Assembly: GCA_964562985.1 (NCBI GenBank) | Contig: CAZLWE010000013.1 | Coordinates: 255 to 64,254 of the forward strand | From: an uncultured Acidimicrobiales bacterium | GTDB lineage: Bacteria > Actinomycetota > Acidimicrobiia > Acidimicrobiales > SHLQ01 | DNA length: 64,000 nucleotides | Direction of reading: 5' to 3' | In this document: piece after piece, positions 1 through 14,212 of the stretch | Layout of the letters: the number at the start of each line of letters is the position of its first letter | Numbering within the stretch: position 1 is the stretch's first letter | Notes under the pieces: generated by a model | Databases searched by the model: none | Seen by the model: only the letters and a program-made list of their open reading frames with translations | Told to the model about the DNA's origin: nothing | Program-made: the position numbers and the translations under genes

Positions 1-1156
<1,156 letters not shown>

Positions 1157-1346
1157 CGGTTCACAGCCAACTACAACTTCTGGACTCGGTCAAGACTTTA
1201 CAGATGGAAATATCCACAGAGAATTCGAAAAATCCACACCACTGTCCACTTGTGCCACACAACCAACTTCCAACACACTGACAACACGCCTTTGTGGCGG
1301 TCATCGACCGCACGACAACAATGACTGCCCGTTTGGAAAGGGACTG

Positions 1347-1538
1347 ATGGCTGACTTCACGATCGAATTGACCAACGACCGAGTTGAGCGCGTAGAACGG
1401 GTCGACGCGTACCAACAGGAAGGCCCCCTAACCACCTTCTTCGCCGTTGGCTCCAATCGTTTGGTCATCGACTCGTGGTCGACCCGTGTTGCCTCATTCC
1501 GGACAGCGGACATCGTGACGGTTAGGCTTGCCCCATGA
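1347..1538 (+). CDS. hypothetical small protein (63 aa)
   Basis: Distal part of ORF 963..1538, whose upstream part is antisense to furA. ATG at 1347. Its stop overlaps the next ATG (ATGA at 1535-1538). Confidence 0.4.
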   Translation: MADFTIELTNDRVERVERVDAYQQEGPLTTFFAVGSNRLVIDSWSTRVASFRTADIVTVRLAP

Positions 1539-1678
1539 ACCTCCTCGCCCAAGCCCAAGACGAGGTTGACCTCGAAGGCGCCACCCAGATCACCCAGGTG
1601 TTCCTAGTCATTGGCATCGTCGTGATGGCGATCGGATACGGAATTTGGTACCTCCGGAAGAAGAAATCCGAAACCTGA
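1535..1678 (+). CDS. hypothetical small membrane peptide (47 aa)
   Basis: Hand-translated as MNLLAQAQDEVDLEGATQITQVFLVIGIVVMAIGYGIWYLRKKKSET: acidic N-terminus, one TM helix, basic tail. Below the ORF-track size cutoff. Translationally coupled to 1347..1538. Confidence 0.35.
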   Translation: MNLLAQAQDEVDLEGATQITQVFLVIGIVVMAIGYGIWYLRKKKSET

Positions 1679-1738
1679 GGCACCCCAAACCCCTCGCCCG
1701 ATGAGGGTTGATGGCTCCGGTGGGTAAAGACTGGAATC

Positions 1739-2278
1739 ATGTTGACGAGCGGCGCCCTCCTCCTTGCTTCGCCCGGGATGCATGAGACGACGTTCGATCG
1801 CACGGTGATCTTCCTGCTCGAACACGACGAGAGTGGCTCGATGGGTCTGGTCCTCAACCGCCCGAGCGACATGCTCGTCAGTGACGCCTTGCCCGACTTT
1901 GGCCGCCTCGCGAACCCCGATCGCCTTTACCTCGGCGGACCGGTGGAAGAAGGCACGGCTCTGGTCTTGGCCGAACCGGTGGACCCAGCCGCCCCCGATA
2001 TGCACTTCATGCACAACGGCATCGGCTTGCTCGACCTCGCTACCGACCGAGACCCTGCATTTCACATCCAACGGGCCCGGGTATTTAGCGGCTACGCGGG
2101 TTGGGGCCCCCGACAACTCGAGGGTGAGCTGCGCGGCGGAGCCTGGATTCTCGGCCGCTGCCTAGACGATGATCTGTGGTCGACGGACCATCAACGGTTG
2201 TGGGGACAGGTTCTCGCGCGTCAGGGCGACATGAGCGATTTCCTCCAGCACTACCCCGTCCAACCCTGGCTTAACTAG
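1739..2278 (+). CDS. YqgE/AlgH family protein (UPF0301)
   Basis: 179 aa. The N-terminal LLASPGMHETTFDRTVIFLLEHDESGSMGLVLNRP matches the family signature. Confidence 0.8.
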   Translation: MLTSGALLLASPGMHETTFDRTVIFLLEHDESGSMGLVLNRPSDMLVSDALPDFGRLANPDRLYLGGPVEEGTALVLAEPVDPAAPDMHFMHNGIGLLDLATDRDPAFHIQRARVFSGYAGWGPRQLEGELRGGAWILGRCLDDDLWSTDHQRLWGQVLARQGDMSDFLQHYPVQPWLN

Positions 2279-2297
2279 CCTGACCACCGGTTGCCCG

Positions 2298-3251
2298 TCA
2301 GCCGATCAGGTTGATGTCCCAGAGCACCTGCTGCAAGGCGTCATCTGCCGAGACGGTCGCGTACGCCAGCGGGGTCTCGTCGGTGACGCACGTCGAGATC
2401 GGCGCGAGCAGGGTCGACGGTCTCGGATGGCAGAACTGGACCACGCTTAGACGTTCGCCAGGCTCCTCCGGGTCGCCGACCACCCGATGTGTCCCAGCCC
2501 CGATCACACCGTTCGTCAGTCGCTCGAGCATGAGACCGGTGTTAATGATCATGTGGCCGCTAGGGGGCGCGACATCGACCCACGAGCCATCGACGCGCAC
2601 CTGCAACCCTTTCGCTGTAGCTCGCGGAAGCGCCGTGATCAGGTTGATGTCGTCGTGAGCCCCTGCCCACACGTATTCCTCACCCGGTGACTGCACCATC
2701 GGCGGGTAGCGGATCGCTCGGGTCAAGGTCGGTCCATCGGTGACCATCTCGTCGAAGAAGCTCTCCGCGCAACCAAGGCCCACAGCGATCACACGTAAGA
2801 AGCGCTTTTGGATATCGGCGATCTGATGGTGGAAAGCGAGAAGAATCTCGGTGATCCCTGGAACCGCCGCCTCAGGAAGAACGGGGTCTCGATAGCTGTG
2901 GGGGTACTTGTTGCGCAGTGGATGAGCAGCCGGTAGCGATGCTCCCCAATTCAGCATTTCCTTCCAATCAGCAACTTCTGCGTCTGCAGCGGTTTCGACC
3001 AACAGCCCCGTGTATCCGGTTTGACCGTGCGATCCCTCTGCGACGTACTCGAGCTTCTCTTGCTCGGAACGCGCAAAGAATTCGGCCAGCTTGGCATAGG
3101 CCTCATCGAGCATGTCCTCAGACAAATCGTGCGCGGTATAGACAAACCCGTTCGCCAACGACCGTCGGACTCCATCTACAACTGCGCTCCGAGCGGAGGC
3201 GTCACCCGTTTCGAACGCGAGTAGGTCGACATCGAGAATGTGACTGCTCAT
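2298..3251 (-). CDS. 2OG-Fe(II) oxygenase (isopenicillin N synthase family)
   Basis: 317 aa with an H-x-D ... H iron-binding pattern (GAHDDIN ... GTHRV) and family-typical length. Confidence 0.8.
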   Translation of the reverse strand: MSSHILDVDLLAFETGDASARSAVVDGVRRSLANGFVYTAHDLSEDMLDEAYAKLAEFFARSEQEKLEYVAEGSHGQTGYTGLLVETAADAEVADWKEMLNWGASLPAAHPLRNKYPHSYRDPVLPEAAVPGITEILLAFHHQIADIQKRFLRVIAVGLGCAESFFDEMVTDGPTLTRAIRYPPMVQSPGEEYVWAGAHDDINLITALPRATAKGLQVRVDGSWVDVAPPSGHMIINTGLMLERLTNGVIGAGTHRVVGDPEEPGERLSVVQFCHPRPSTLLAPISTCVTDETPLAYATVSADDALQQVLWDINLIG

Positions 3252-3307
3252 GGACAGAGAGTAGCGGGCCGCCGTGACAGCGAGCCAGGCCGCATAGAAT
3301 CCGCCAT

Positions 3308-4537
3308 ATGGACGAACCTGCGCACCGAGCGTGCGACATCGTCGTTTTCGGAGCGACGAGCTTCGTGGGCTCGATACTGTGCAACTACCTCGACGAGCGG
3401 CTGCGCGACTCGCCGGTCAGCTGGTCGATCGCCGGCCGCGATCCCGACAAGTTGAAGGCACTCCAGGCCTCATTGGCCACGCCGGTTCAGATGACGGTTG
3501 CTGACGCCGCCAGCGAACAAGACATGGCAGCGCTCGTCGAAAAGGCAACACTCGTCGTTTCTACCGTCGGCCCCTACGCCAAGCTCGGCTCCAACCTCGT
3601 ACAAGCGGCCGCCGCCGCAGGGACCGACTATTGCGACATCACGGGCGAGCCGCAGTGGATGCAGCGGATGATCGATACGCACGGCGAGACAGCCAACACC
3701 AGCGGAGCCCGGATCGTGCACGCGTGCGGTTTTGATTCGATCCCGTCGGACCTTGGTGTGGCCTTCACCCAAGACGCCGCCCACACCCGCTTCGGAAGCT
3801 TCTGCTCACAGATCTCGATGCGCGTGAAGGCCGTGAAGGGTGGCGTCAGCGGCGGCACCATCGCTTCCATGCTCAACGTGGTCGACGAGGCGTCCCATGA
3901 CACGCAGGCCCGCCGCCTGCTTACCAACCCGTACGCGCTCGCCCCGGACGGCATGCGCGAGGGGATCGCTCAGCCCAACGTTCTGGCACCCAAGAGTGAT
4001 GATGTCTCCGGCGAGTGGATTGCTCCCTTCATGATGGCTGCGGTCAACACCCGAGTCGTGCATCGATCCCACGCTCTTCGAGGCCGCCCGTGGGGTGATG
4101 GCTTCCTTTACGACGAAGCCACGATGACCGGTACTGGTGCAGCAGGGCTCGCCAAGGCAACCGCAATCACGGGAGGCCTTGGCGGCATCACCGCGGCCTC
4201 GTCGCTCGGCCCGATCCGCCGGACGCTCGAAGAACGAGTACTTCCAAAACCGGGCGAAGGGCCGAGTCCGGAACAGCAAGAGTCCGGGTTCTTCGACATT
4301 CGGTTCTTCGGACAGACCGACAACGGAGAAGAGATTCAAACCAAGGTCACCGGCGACCGCGACCCCGGATATGGATCGACAGCGAAGATGCTCGGGGAGG
4401 CGGCGATCGCCTTGGCCAAGGCGGACCCGGCCGACCTCCCGGGAGGATTTTGGACACCGGCAACAGCCTTTGGGCCAACGCTAATCCAACGACTCCAGAC
4501 CTATGCCGGCTTACGATTCTCGATCGTCGGCACCTGA
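3308..4537 (+). CDS. saccharopine dehydrogenase-like NAD(P)-binding oxidoreductase
   Basis: 409 aa with an N-terminal Rossmann motif VVFGATSFVG; overall resembles trans-acting enoyl reductase / saccharopine DH family proteins. Confidence 0.75.
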   Translation: MDEPAHRACDIVVFGATSFVGSILCNYLDERLRDSPVSWSIAGRDPDKLKALQASLATPVQMTVADAASEQDMAALVEKATLVVSTVGPYAKLGSNLVQAAAAAGTDYCDITGEPQWMQRMIDTHGETANTSGARIVHACGFDSIPSDLGVAFTQDAAHTRFGSFCSQISMRVKAVKGGVSGGTIASMLNVVDEASHDTQARRLLTNPYALAPDGMREGIAQPNVLAPKSDDVSGEWIAPFMMAAVNTRVVHRSHALRGRPWGDGFLYDEATMTGTGAAGLAKATAITGGLGGITAASSLGPIRRTLEERVLPKPGEGPSPEQQESGFFDIRFFGQTDNGEEIQTKVTGDRDPGYGSTAKMLGEAAIALAKADPADLPGGFWTPATAFGPTLIQRLQTYAGLRFSIVGT

Positions 4538-5439
4538 CGAGAAAGGCCTGCGGAGGCTCGGGCGTCGCGAACCCGCTTTTGCTCGAGGATCACGTGTACC
4601 TCGGCGCCCACAAGTACGGCCAAGGCAAGCAACTGAAGCCACAGGAGCAGGACGACGATCGCCGCAAGCGTGCCGTAGGTTTCGTTGTAGCTGCCGAAGT
4701 TGTTAGCGAAGAAGCCAAATCCCCACGACACCACGACCACGAGCACGGTGCCGACCAGGGCGCCCTTGCTGAGCAATGGTCGTTTGCCCCCCGATACCAG
4801 TTCGCCGGCTCGTTCGTTGTCCGGTGATGGACCGAAGCGATACAGCACCGTCAACGCGAACACCATGAAGAGTCCGAGGCCAACGAAACGACCGATGTTC
4901 ACCAGCGCGCTCACCCCTGAGGATTCCACAAATGAATTGATCAACGCGGGGACCACGTTCATCGCGAAGACCATCGCCGCCATCGTGAGGATCGTCCCGA
5001 GCAGGAGCAGGAAAGCGGTCCCCCGTTTCACGACAAAGTTTCGAGACTCTCGGCGGTCGTGAACAACGTTGAGCGCCTCCATTAGCTGACCGACAGCGCC
5101 CGACGCACTGAACAGCGATAGGGCAATGCCCACGAAGGCCGCTATGCCAGCGCTCGAATTGCCGCCATCGGCGATTGAACGAAGCTGCGCTCCGAGAAAG
5201 TCACGGGTCTCTTGCGGAGACGCTTCAAGAGCTGAATCGACCTCTTCGATGAGCACATCGACGTCAGCCACCAACGCGGTGATCGACACCGCGGCGGCCA
5301 GCGCAGGGATGAGTGCAATAAATCCGAAGAACGCCACAGCTGCAGCAAAGATCGGGAGGCGATGCTCCTTGATGCGCTCTCGTAGCTCCGTGACCAAACC
5401 CGGATCTTCATCTACCGCCTGCGTCGATTTGCGAGCCAA
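4501..5439 (-). CDS. YihY/BrkB family membrane protein
   Basis: 312 aa with multiple TM helices and family-typical layout. It overlaps the convergent gene by 37 nt. Confidence 0.7.
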   Translation of the reverse strand: MARKSTQAVDEDPGLVTELRERIKEHRLPIFAAAVAFFGFIALIPALAAAVSITALVADVDVLIEEVDSALEASPQETRDFLGAQLRSIADGGNSSAGIAAFVGIALSLFSASGAVGQLMEALNVVHDRRESRNFVVKRGTAFLLLLGTILTMAAMVFAMNVVPALINSFVESSGVSALVNIGRFVGLGLFMVFALTVLYRFGPSPDNERAGELVSGGKRPLLSKGALVGTVLVVVVSWGFGFFANNFGSYNETYGTLAAIVVLLLWLQLLALAVLVGAEVHVILEQKRVRDARASAGLSRQVPTIENRKPA

Positions 5440-5453
5440 AACATCACCCTTTT

Positions 5454-6134
5454 GTGTTGCCGACGACTACCGTCTCGTCGATGGAGCCGTTTGTGTTTGG
5501 AGTCGACCTCGATGGGGTCTGCGGCGACTACACGTCTGCTTTCAGGACGATAGCGGCTCGCGAGCTAAATGTAGAAGAGGAGACACTGCCTCTTGAGCGT
5601 TCGTGGGACTTTCGGGAGTGGGATCTCGATCGTGTTGGCGGCTTCGCTGACCTCCACGCGATGGCGGTTTCCGACGATCGACTATTCGCCACGATGCCAC
5701 CGATAGAGGGAGCTCGCGACGCGCTATGGCGACTGTCTGACGCTGGCGTCCACATCCGCGTCATCACCCATCGTCTCTACGTGAACTGGGGCCATGCAGG
5801 AGCGGTTGCAGACACCGTCGCATGGTTGGACGAGCAACAGATCCCGTACCGAGACATCTGCTTTCTCGGCAATAAGCCCGACGTCGGCGCCGACATCTAC
5901 GTCGATGACGCTCCGCACAACATCGAAAGCCTGCGCGGCGCGGGTTGCGAAGCCATCATCTTCGACCAGCCCTACAACCAAGACCTCGACGGATTGCGCG
6001 CTAAGGACTGGGCGGAGGTCGAAGAGATTGTGATGGATCGAGCGGCTTCACGGCTGGGCGCGATGCAGCCCCAACTGCCCGGAGTCGACGCGGGGGCAGA
6101 TCGGTTGGAACGCAAGCGCGAAACTGACTCTTAG
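5454..6134 (+). CDS. 5'(3')-deoxyribonucleotidase (NT5C-type HAD)
   Basis: FGVDLDGVCGDY DxDG motif near the N-terminus. The start may instead be ATG 5481 (MEPFVFGVDLDG). Confidence 0.7.
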   Translation: MLPTTTVSSMEPFVFGVDLDGVCGDYTSAFRTIAARELNVEEETLPLERSWDFREWDLDRVGGFADLHAMAVSDDRLFATMPPIEGARDALWRLSDAGVHIRVITHRLYVNWGHAGAVADTVAWLDEQQIPYRDICFLGNKPDVGADIYVDDAPHNIESLRGAGCEAIIFDQPYNQDLDGLRAKDWAEVEEIVMDRAASRLGAMQPQLPGVDAGADRLERKRETDS

Positions 6135-6137
6135 CGC

Positions 6138-6968
6138 TTAGCGATCCGCAAGCTTCGCCCGGGCTGGCTCCAGGTCGCCGGGGTTCGTCACGCCGATCCA
6201 TTCCTCTGAAGACTGCGGCACAACGACGCGCCAGACCCCACGCTCTCGGAGGTCGTCAACCACGTCGGGCAACAAGTACTCGGTCTTGGGCTCATCGCCG
6301 TGCTCTGCAAAAAAGGCATCCCAGCCCGCAGCGAGATGTTCGAACAGCGAGTTGGGAAACGCGAACATGTTCATCGACGCCATGGTGTTGTCGCCGTGCT
6401 CTCCCGCTGGGTCGAGGGACCGAATCACGCCGTCATCGGCTCGTTCGATTCCGTGGGTCTCATCGATAGAAACCAACGAGCCCTTTTCGACGACGCACAG
6501 GCCACGAGAGACTGCGCCGGTACGAGGCAGCGTCTTCGCCAACTCAAAGGCCACGAGACCGGCGGTGCGTTCATCGCCGGACTGCAGGACATCCGCGGCC
6601 AGTTGGAAGGAAGACGGTCCGTAATAGTCATCGGCGTTCACCACGATGAACGGTCCGTCGACGGCCCCTCGAGCCGAGAGCACAGCGTGTGCGGTCCCCC
6701 ACGGCTTATCACGCTTTGGACCGAGATCGTCTTGGCGTACCAACGCAAAACCGTCGAGCGACCCATACTGACGCTCTAGGTGCGCTTTTACATCTGCCTC
6801 GATGTCGCTGCGGATGATTAAAACCACATTCGTGCACCCTGCCGCCCGACCATCCATAATCGCAAAGTCGAGGAAAGCTTCACTGTTCGGCCCGACCTCT
6901 ACGAGCTGTTTCGTCCCGCCGAAACGGCTTCCGAGTCCAGCGGCCATGATCACCAACGAAAGTTCCAT
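6138..6968 (-). CDS. sugar-phosphate nucleotidyltransferase (NTP_transferase fold)
   Basis: 276 aa with N-terminal VIMAAGLGSRFGG (GxGxRF pyrophosphorylase signature). Confidence 0.75.
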   Translation of the reverse strand: MELSLVIMAAGLGSRFGGTKQLVEVGPNSEAFLDFAIMDGRAAGCTNVVLIIRSDIEADVKAHLERQYGSLDGFALVRQDDLGPKRDKPWGTAHAVLSARGAVDGPFIVVNADDYYGPSSFQLAADVLQSGDERTAGLVAFELAKTLPRTGAVSRGLCVVEKGSLVSIDETHGIERADDGVIRSLDPAGEHGDNTMASMNMFAFPNSLFEHLAAGWDAFFAEHGDEPKTEYLLPDVVDDLRERGVWRVVVPQSSEEWIGVTNPGDLEPARAKLADR

Positions 6969-7046
6969 GTCCTATTCGTACCTTGCGAGCGCCCGCACTT
7001 CGCGGAAATGTTGCGACAATACGCCGATGGCCTACGATCCTTGGAC

Positions 7047-7865
7047 ATGTTGATCGATGCGCTCGTGACCGATCTTGACGGCACCTTTTGGGCGACGGAC
7101 ATGACACTGCACGCCGCCTCCACCGCGGCTGTTGCACGTCTAGACGACAGCGGAATTCCTTTTATTGTTGCTACTGGGCGCCGAGCGCAGAGCACTCTTG
7201 GAGGCCTGCGGCCAGTTGGACTCGCGGACCGTCCGGCAATCTTGATGAATGGCGCACTCGTACGAGACAGCCTCGATGGGCCGTCCTTCCATCGGAGACC
7301 AATGTCGACGGCTGCAGCTCAGCGGGTCCGTTCGATCTTTGTTGCCCATGACCTCGAACCCCTCGCGTACATCGATGATTCGAACGAGGATCTTCTCGCC
7401 GGTCCGTCTGCCTCGGCGGGCGAGAGCTTTCTGGGAGCGGCTCCAGGAGTACGTCGCGTCGATGACCTCCGTTCGGCGATCGGGACCTCGACGGTGATCG
7501 GTTTTGGGGCCTTCGGCTATCCCCACGATCATCTGACCGAATTACAGGCGGCGATCGAAGCCGAGGGGCTCGCCTCGGTGTTCATCAGCCCATCGCACTA
7601 TGAGGGCGACTACGGAATCATGGTGCAGGCCAATGACGCGGACAAAGCGACAGGACTCGACGCGCTATGCCCACGCCTTGGCGTTGACCGTGGTCGATTA
7701 GCGGTAGTGGGCGATGGCTTCAACGACGTCGGCATGCTGTCGAGCGCGGCGATCGCCGTCGTGCCGAGCAATGCGCCCGAGGAGATTCGAGCATTGGCCG
7801 ACGTCATCATCGAACCGAACGAGCAGGGTGGCTGGAGCGAGATTCCCGACATCATCGGCGTGTAG
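7047..7865 (+). CDS. HAD-IIB (Cof-type) phosphatase
   Basis: Motifs DLDGTFW near the N-terminus and GDGFNDVGML near the C-terminus. The ORF opens at 7008, but ATG 7047 places motif I at the usual position. Confidence 0.75.
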   Translation: MLIDALVTDLDGTFWATDMTLHAASTAAVARLDDSGIPFIVATGRRAQSTLGGLRPVGLADRPAILMNGALVRDSLDGPSFHRRPMSTAAAQRVRSIFVAHDLEPLAYIDDSNEDLLAGPSASAGESFLGAAPGVRRVDDLRSAIGTSTVIGFGAFGYPHDHLTELQAAIEAEGLASVFISPSHYEGDYGIMVQANDADKATGLDALCPRLGVDRGRLAVVGDGFNDVGMLSSAAIAVVPSNAPEEIRALADVIIEPNEQGGWSEIPDIIGV

Positions 7866-7874
7866 GGTCGCCGC

Positions 7875-8744
7875 ATGGCACGAATCGGATTCATTGGACT
7901 AGGGGCCATGGGCTATCCCATGGCGGGACATCTCGTTAACGACGGACACGACGTGGTGGTTTTCAATCGCACCACCGAGGTCGCTCAACGCTTTGTCGAC
8001 GAGCATCCAGCCGCAGCACTTGCTGCTACCCCGGCCCAAGCTGCTGAGGGTGCGGACGCGGCCATCCTGATCGTTGGAAATGACGACAGTGTCCGTGCCG
8101 TGGCCTTGGGTGATGACGGGGCGCTCGCCGGCCTCGGCGAAGGGACCATTCTGATCGACCATACGACCGCTTCAGCCACGGTCGCCCACGAACTCGCCAA
8201 CGCCGCAGCCGCCAACGGCATCGGCGCCTTGGACGCACCGGTGTCGGGCGGCGAAGCCGGAGCCCAAAATGGCGTACTCACGGTGATGTGTGGCGGCACG
8301 GCCGATACGTTCGAGCGCTCGGACCAGTTCATGAAAAGCTACGCAAAGACGCGTACCTTGATCGGCGACACCGGCGCTGGCCAAACCACCAAGATGGTCA
8401 ATCAGATCGCGATCGCTGGAGCGCTTCAGGGCCTCTCTGAGGCGCTCAACCTCGGCATGGCCGCAGGCCTGGATATGGAACGCGTTCTCGCGACCATCAC
8501 CGACGGCGCAGCAGGATCGTGGCAGATGGCCAATCGCGGAACGACCATGGTGGCCGACCAGTTCGACTTCGGCTTCGCTTCGGAGTGGATGGTGAAGGAT
8601 CTCGGAATCGCTCTCGCGGAGGCCGAACGACTCGGTGCGCCGACCCCGGTGGCCTCACTGGTGGCCAGCTATTACGACGAGATAGTGGCAAATGGGGAAG
8701 CTCGTAGCGACACATCTGTGTTAATCCGTAGGCTACGTTCGTAG
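7875..8744 (+). CDS. NAD(P)-dependent oxidoreductase, 3-hydroxyisobutyrate dehydrogenase family
   Basis: 289 aa with N-terminal IGFIGLGAMGYPMAGHL dinucleotide-binding motif. Confidence 0.85.
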   Translation: MARIGFIGLGAMGYPMAGHLVNDGHDVVVFNRTTEVAQRFVDEHPAAALAATPAQAAEGADAAILIVGNDDSVRAVALGDDGALAGLGEGTILIDHTTASATVAHELANAAAANGIGALDAPVSGGEAGAQNGVLTVMCGGTADTFERSDQFMKSYAKTRTLIGDTGAGQTTKMVNQIAIAGALQGLSEALNLGMAAGLDMERVLATITDGAAGSWQMANRGTTMVADQFDFGFASEWMVKDLGIALAEAERLGAPTPVASLVASYYDEIVANGEARSDTSVLIRRLRS

Positions 8745-8787
8745 CCACCCAACGCTCGCCAACCCAAAACGGTAACGAAAGCCTCAA

Positions 8788-10167
8788 ATGACCCACCATG
8801 ACCTGCTGATTATCGGGACCGGATCCGGAAACTCGGTCCTTACCGATGCCTACGAAACGGTGTCTGTCGGCATTGTGGAGCGCGGTGCCTTCGGAGGCAC
8901 CTGTCTCAACGTCGGATGTATCCCATCCAAGATGTTCGTCTTTGCCGCGGACGTCGCACATCTGGCACAAGATGTCGGCCCGGAACTCGGCCTGAACACG
9001 CGTTTCGATGGGGCGGATTGGCCAGCGATTCGTGATCGCGTGTTCGGACGAATCGATCCGATCGCAGCGGGTGGCGAGCGCTACCGCTCCGAGGAGCAGG
9101 AGCATGTCTCGGTCTACAAGGGATCTGCACGCTTCGTCGCCGACAAGACCGTGGAGGTAGCCCTCAACGACGGCGGGACCGCCACCGTCACTGCCGACCG
9201 CATCGTGTTGGCCGCCGGAGCGCGAGCGACCGTGCCCGCGGTAATCGCAGACTCGGGAGTTCCCTTCTATACCTCCGATACCTTGATGCGCGTCGACGAG
9301 TTGCCCGAACACCTCATCGTTGTGGGTGGCGGCTATATCGGAGCCGAACTCGGCAACGTCTTCGGGTCGCTGGGTTCGAACGTGACGATTATCAACCGGA
9401 GCGATTTGATGGTCCGGGTACAGGACCCCGACATTTCGCGTCGATTCACCGACGCGTACGCAAAGCGTTTCGACGTACGCACAAATATGTCCATCGACTC
9501 GGTCGAGGGCGAAGAGGGCAACATCCGTGTCCACGTGACCTCGAACGGGGTCAGCGAAGTGATCGAAGGCGACACGCTATTCGTCGCTACAGGTCGGGTC
9601 CCCAACGGCGATGAGCTCGCCGTAACCGAAACCGGTGTCGAGCTCGACGAGCGTGGCTATGTCATTACCGACGCCACCCTGAAGACCTCGCACCCCGATA
9701 TCTACGCTTTGGGCGATATCACCAACCCTTCGCAGCTCAAGCACACCGCGAACGCCGATGCCCGAGTGGTCTCCCACAACTTGTTGCACCCCGATGACCT
9801 AATCGAGATCGATCGCAGCCTGACGCCCTATGCCATCTTCGGATCTCCGCAGGTGGCCGCCGTTGGCCTCACCGAACCGCAAGCCAAGGAAACCGGTCGG
9901 CCGTTGTCGATCGTGGTGCAGTCCTATAGTTCCGCCGCATACGGCTGGGCAATGGAGGACACCACGAGCGTGTGCAAGCTGATCGCCGATTCCGAGACTC
10001 GTGAACTGCTCGGCGCCCACATCATTGGCCCACAGGCTTCGACGCTCATACAACAGCTCATCCAAGGAATGGCCTTTGGACAGAACGTCGATGAGATGGC
10101 ACGGGGACAGTTGTATATCCACCCGGCCTTGACCGAAGTGGTTGAACAAGCGCTACTTGAGCTGTAA
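8788..10167 (+). CDS. mtr: mycothione reductase (pyridine nucleotide-disulfide oxidoreductase)
   Basis: 459 aa. HHDLLIIGTGSGNS plus the redox-active GGTCLNVGCIPSK motif match my recollection of Mtr rather than Lpd. Confidence 0.75.
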   Translation: MTHHDLLIIGTGSGNSVLTDAYETVSVGIVERGAFGGTCLNVGCIPSKMFVFAADVAHLAQDVGPELGLNTRFDGADWPAIRDRVFGRIDPIAAGGERYRSEEQEHVSVYKGSARFVADKTVEVALNDGGTATVTADRIVLAAGARATVPAVIADSGVPFYTSDTLMRVDELPEHLIVVGGGYIGAELGNVFGSLGSNVTIINRSDLMVRVQDPDISRRFTDAYAKRFDVRTNMSIDSVEGEEGNIRVHVTSNGVSEVIEGDTLFVATGRVPNGDELAVTETGVELDERGYVITDATLKTSHPDIYALGDITNPSQLKHTANADARVVSHNLLHPDDLIEIDRSLTPYAIFGSPQVAAVGLTEPQAKETGRPLSIVVQSYSSAAYGWAMEDTTSVCKLIADSETRELLGAHIIGPQASTLIQQLIQGMAFGQNVDEMARGQLYIHPALTEVVEQALLEL

Positions 10168-10311
10168 CAACTCTCCCGGATCGAACATCTAGCGATCTGT
10201 CGAGGTAGCCGAGCAGGGCCAAAAGGCCTATAGGAACCCCACTCCGCGATCCGAACAACCTAGAGAGCCCAAACTGGGCATGAATTTCTAGGGACTTACG
10301 GAAGATTTCGT

Positions 10312-13421
<3,110 letters not shown>

Positions 13422-13425
<4 letters not shown>

Positions 13426-13841
13426 CCGTTTCGACCGAGGCACAGAACTTTGCGTGGCTCCTGTCCCGATTTGCCCAGGACACCGCAGGTGTTCGCGAGG
13501 CCGTTGCGGTTTCGGCCGACGGCCTGCTGCTGGCATCTTCGGCAGGAATCGACACCAGCGGTGTCGACCAATTCGCGGCGATCGCTGCCGGGCTTACCAG
13601 CCTGACTAACGGTGCAGCGCACTGCCTTGGTTGTGGAGTTGTCGACCAGGTGGTCGTCGAGATGACACAGGGCAACCTGTTCGTCATGTCGATGGGCCAC
13701 GGTGCATCGCTTGCGGTGCTCTGCCAGAGCGGCGCCGACATTGCTCAGGTCGCCTACGAAATGACCCTTCTCGCCGAGCGGGCTGGCTCAGCACTGTCAC
13801 CAGAGCTGATCAGCGAACTGAAGAACGTCCTTACGGTCTAG
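13422..13841 (+). CDS. Roadblock/LC7 domain protein (CvnB-like)
   Basis: 139 aa (FAWLLSRFAQDTAGVREAVAVSADGLLLASS...). Its start overlaps the cvnA-like stop (ATGA). Confidence 0.85.
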
Positions 13842-13879
13842 GCCGTAAGCGTTACCCGGTAGGAACACAGGAGTTTCTA

Positions 13880-14212
13880 ATGACTGAAGAAGACGGCGCT
13901 TTTGTCCGCTCGTACCTTCTCACTGGCGGCCGTACCCGCAGCGACGCGGGTGAACTGGCGGTCGAGGCCATGGTCTCGACCAAAGAGGGCTCGAGCCCTC
14001 CTGCAGACCGGGACCTCGCTGCGATCTACGCACTTTGTGAGGAACCAAATTCGATCGCCGAGATATCGGCGAAGTGCGCGATGCCTCTAGGCGTCGCCCG
14101 TGTACTCGTAGCCGACTTGTGGGGCGAAGGCTCCCTTGAGGTGCTCGAGACCACAAAATCTGACGACATCGCGATTGTGAGGAGATTGCTCGATGGAATC
14201 CGCAAGCGCTAA
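13880..14212 (+). CDS. DUF742 protein (CvnC-like)
   Basis: ATG 13880 is preceded by AGGAG (13868-13872). VRSYLLTGGRTR is the DUF742 hallmark, and the C-terminus looks HTH-like. Confidence 0.75.
   Translation: MTEEDGAFVRSYLLTGGRTRSDAGELAVEAMVSTKEGSSPPADRDLAAIYALCEEPNSIAEISAKCAMPLGVARVLVADLWGEGSLEVLETTKSDDIAIVRRLLDGIRKR

Noticed and set aside
8497-9534. 345-aa ORF on the minus strand, antisense to the mycothione reductase gene
   Set aside because: It lies entirely inside a well-supported gene on the other strand. Its composition (Arg/Gly/Val-rich, no motifs) is typical of high-GC antisense frames. The same applies to 20116..21012, 30023..30823, 36151..37299, 39535..40458, 39816..40703, 41893..42540 and 55595..57962.
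10185-10205. GAAC-containing sequence (GATCGAACATCTAGCGATC) upstream of the conservon, considered as a second LexA box
   Set aside because: It lacks the GTTC half-site, so it is not a GAAC-N4-GTTC palindrome.
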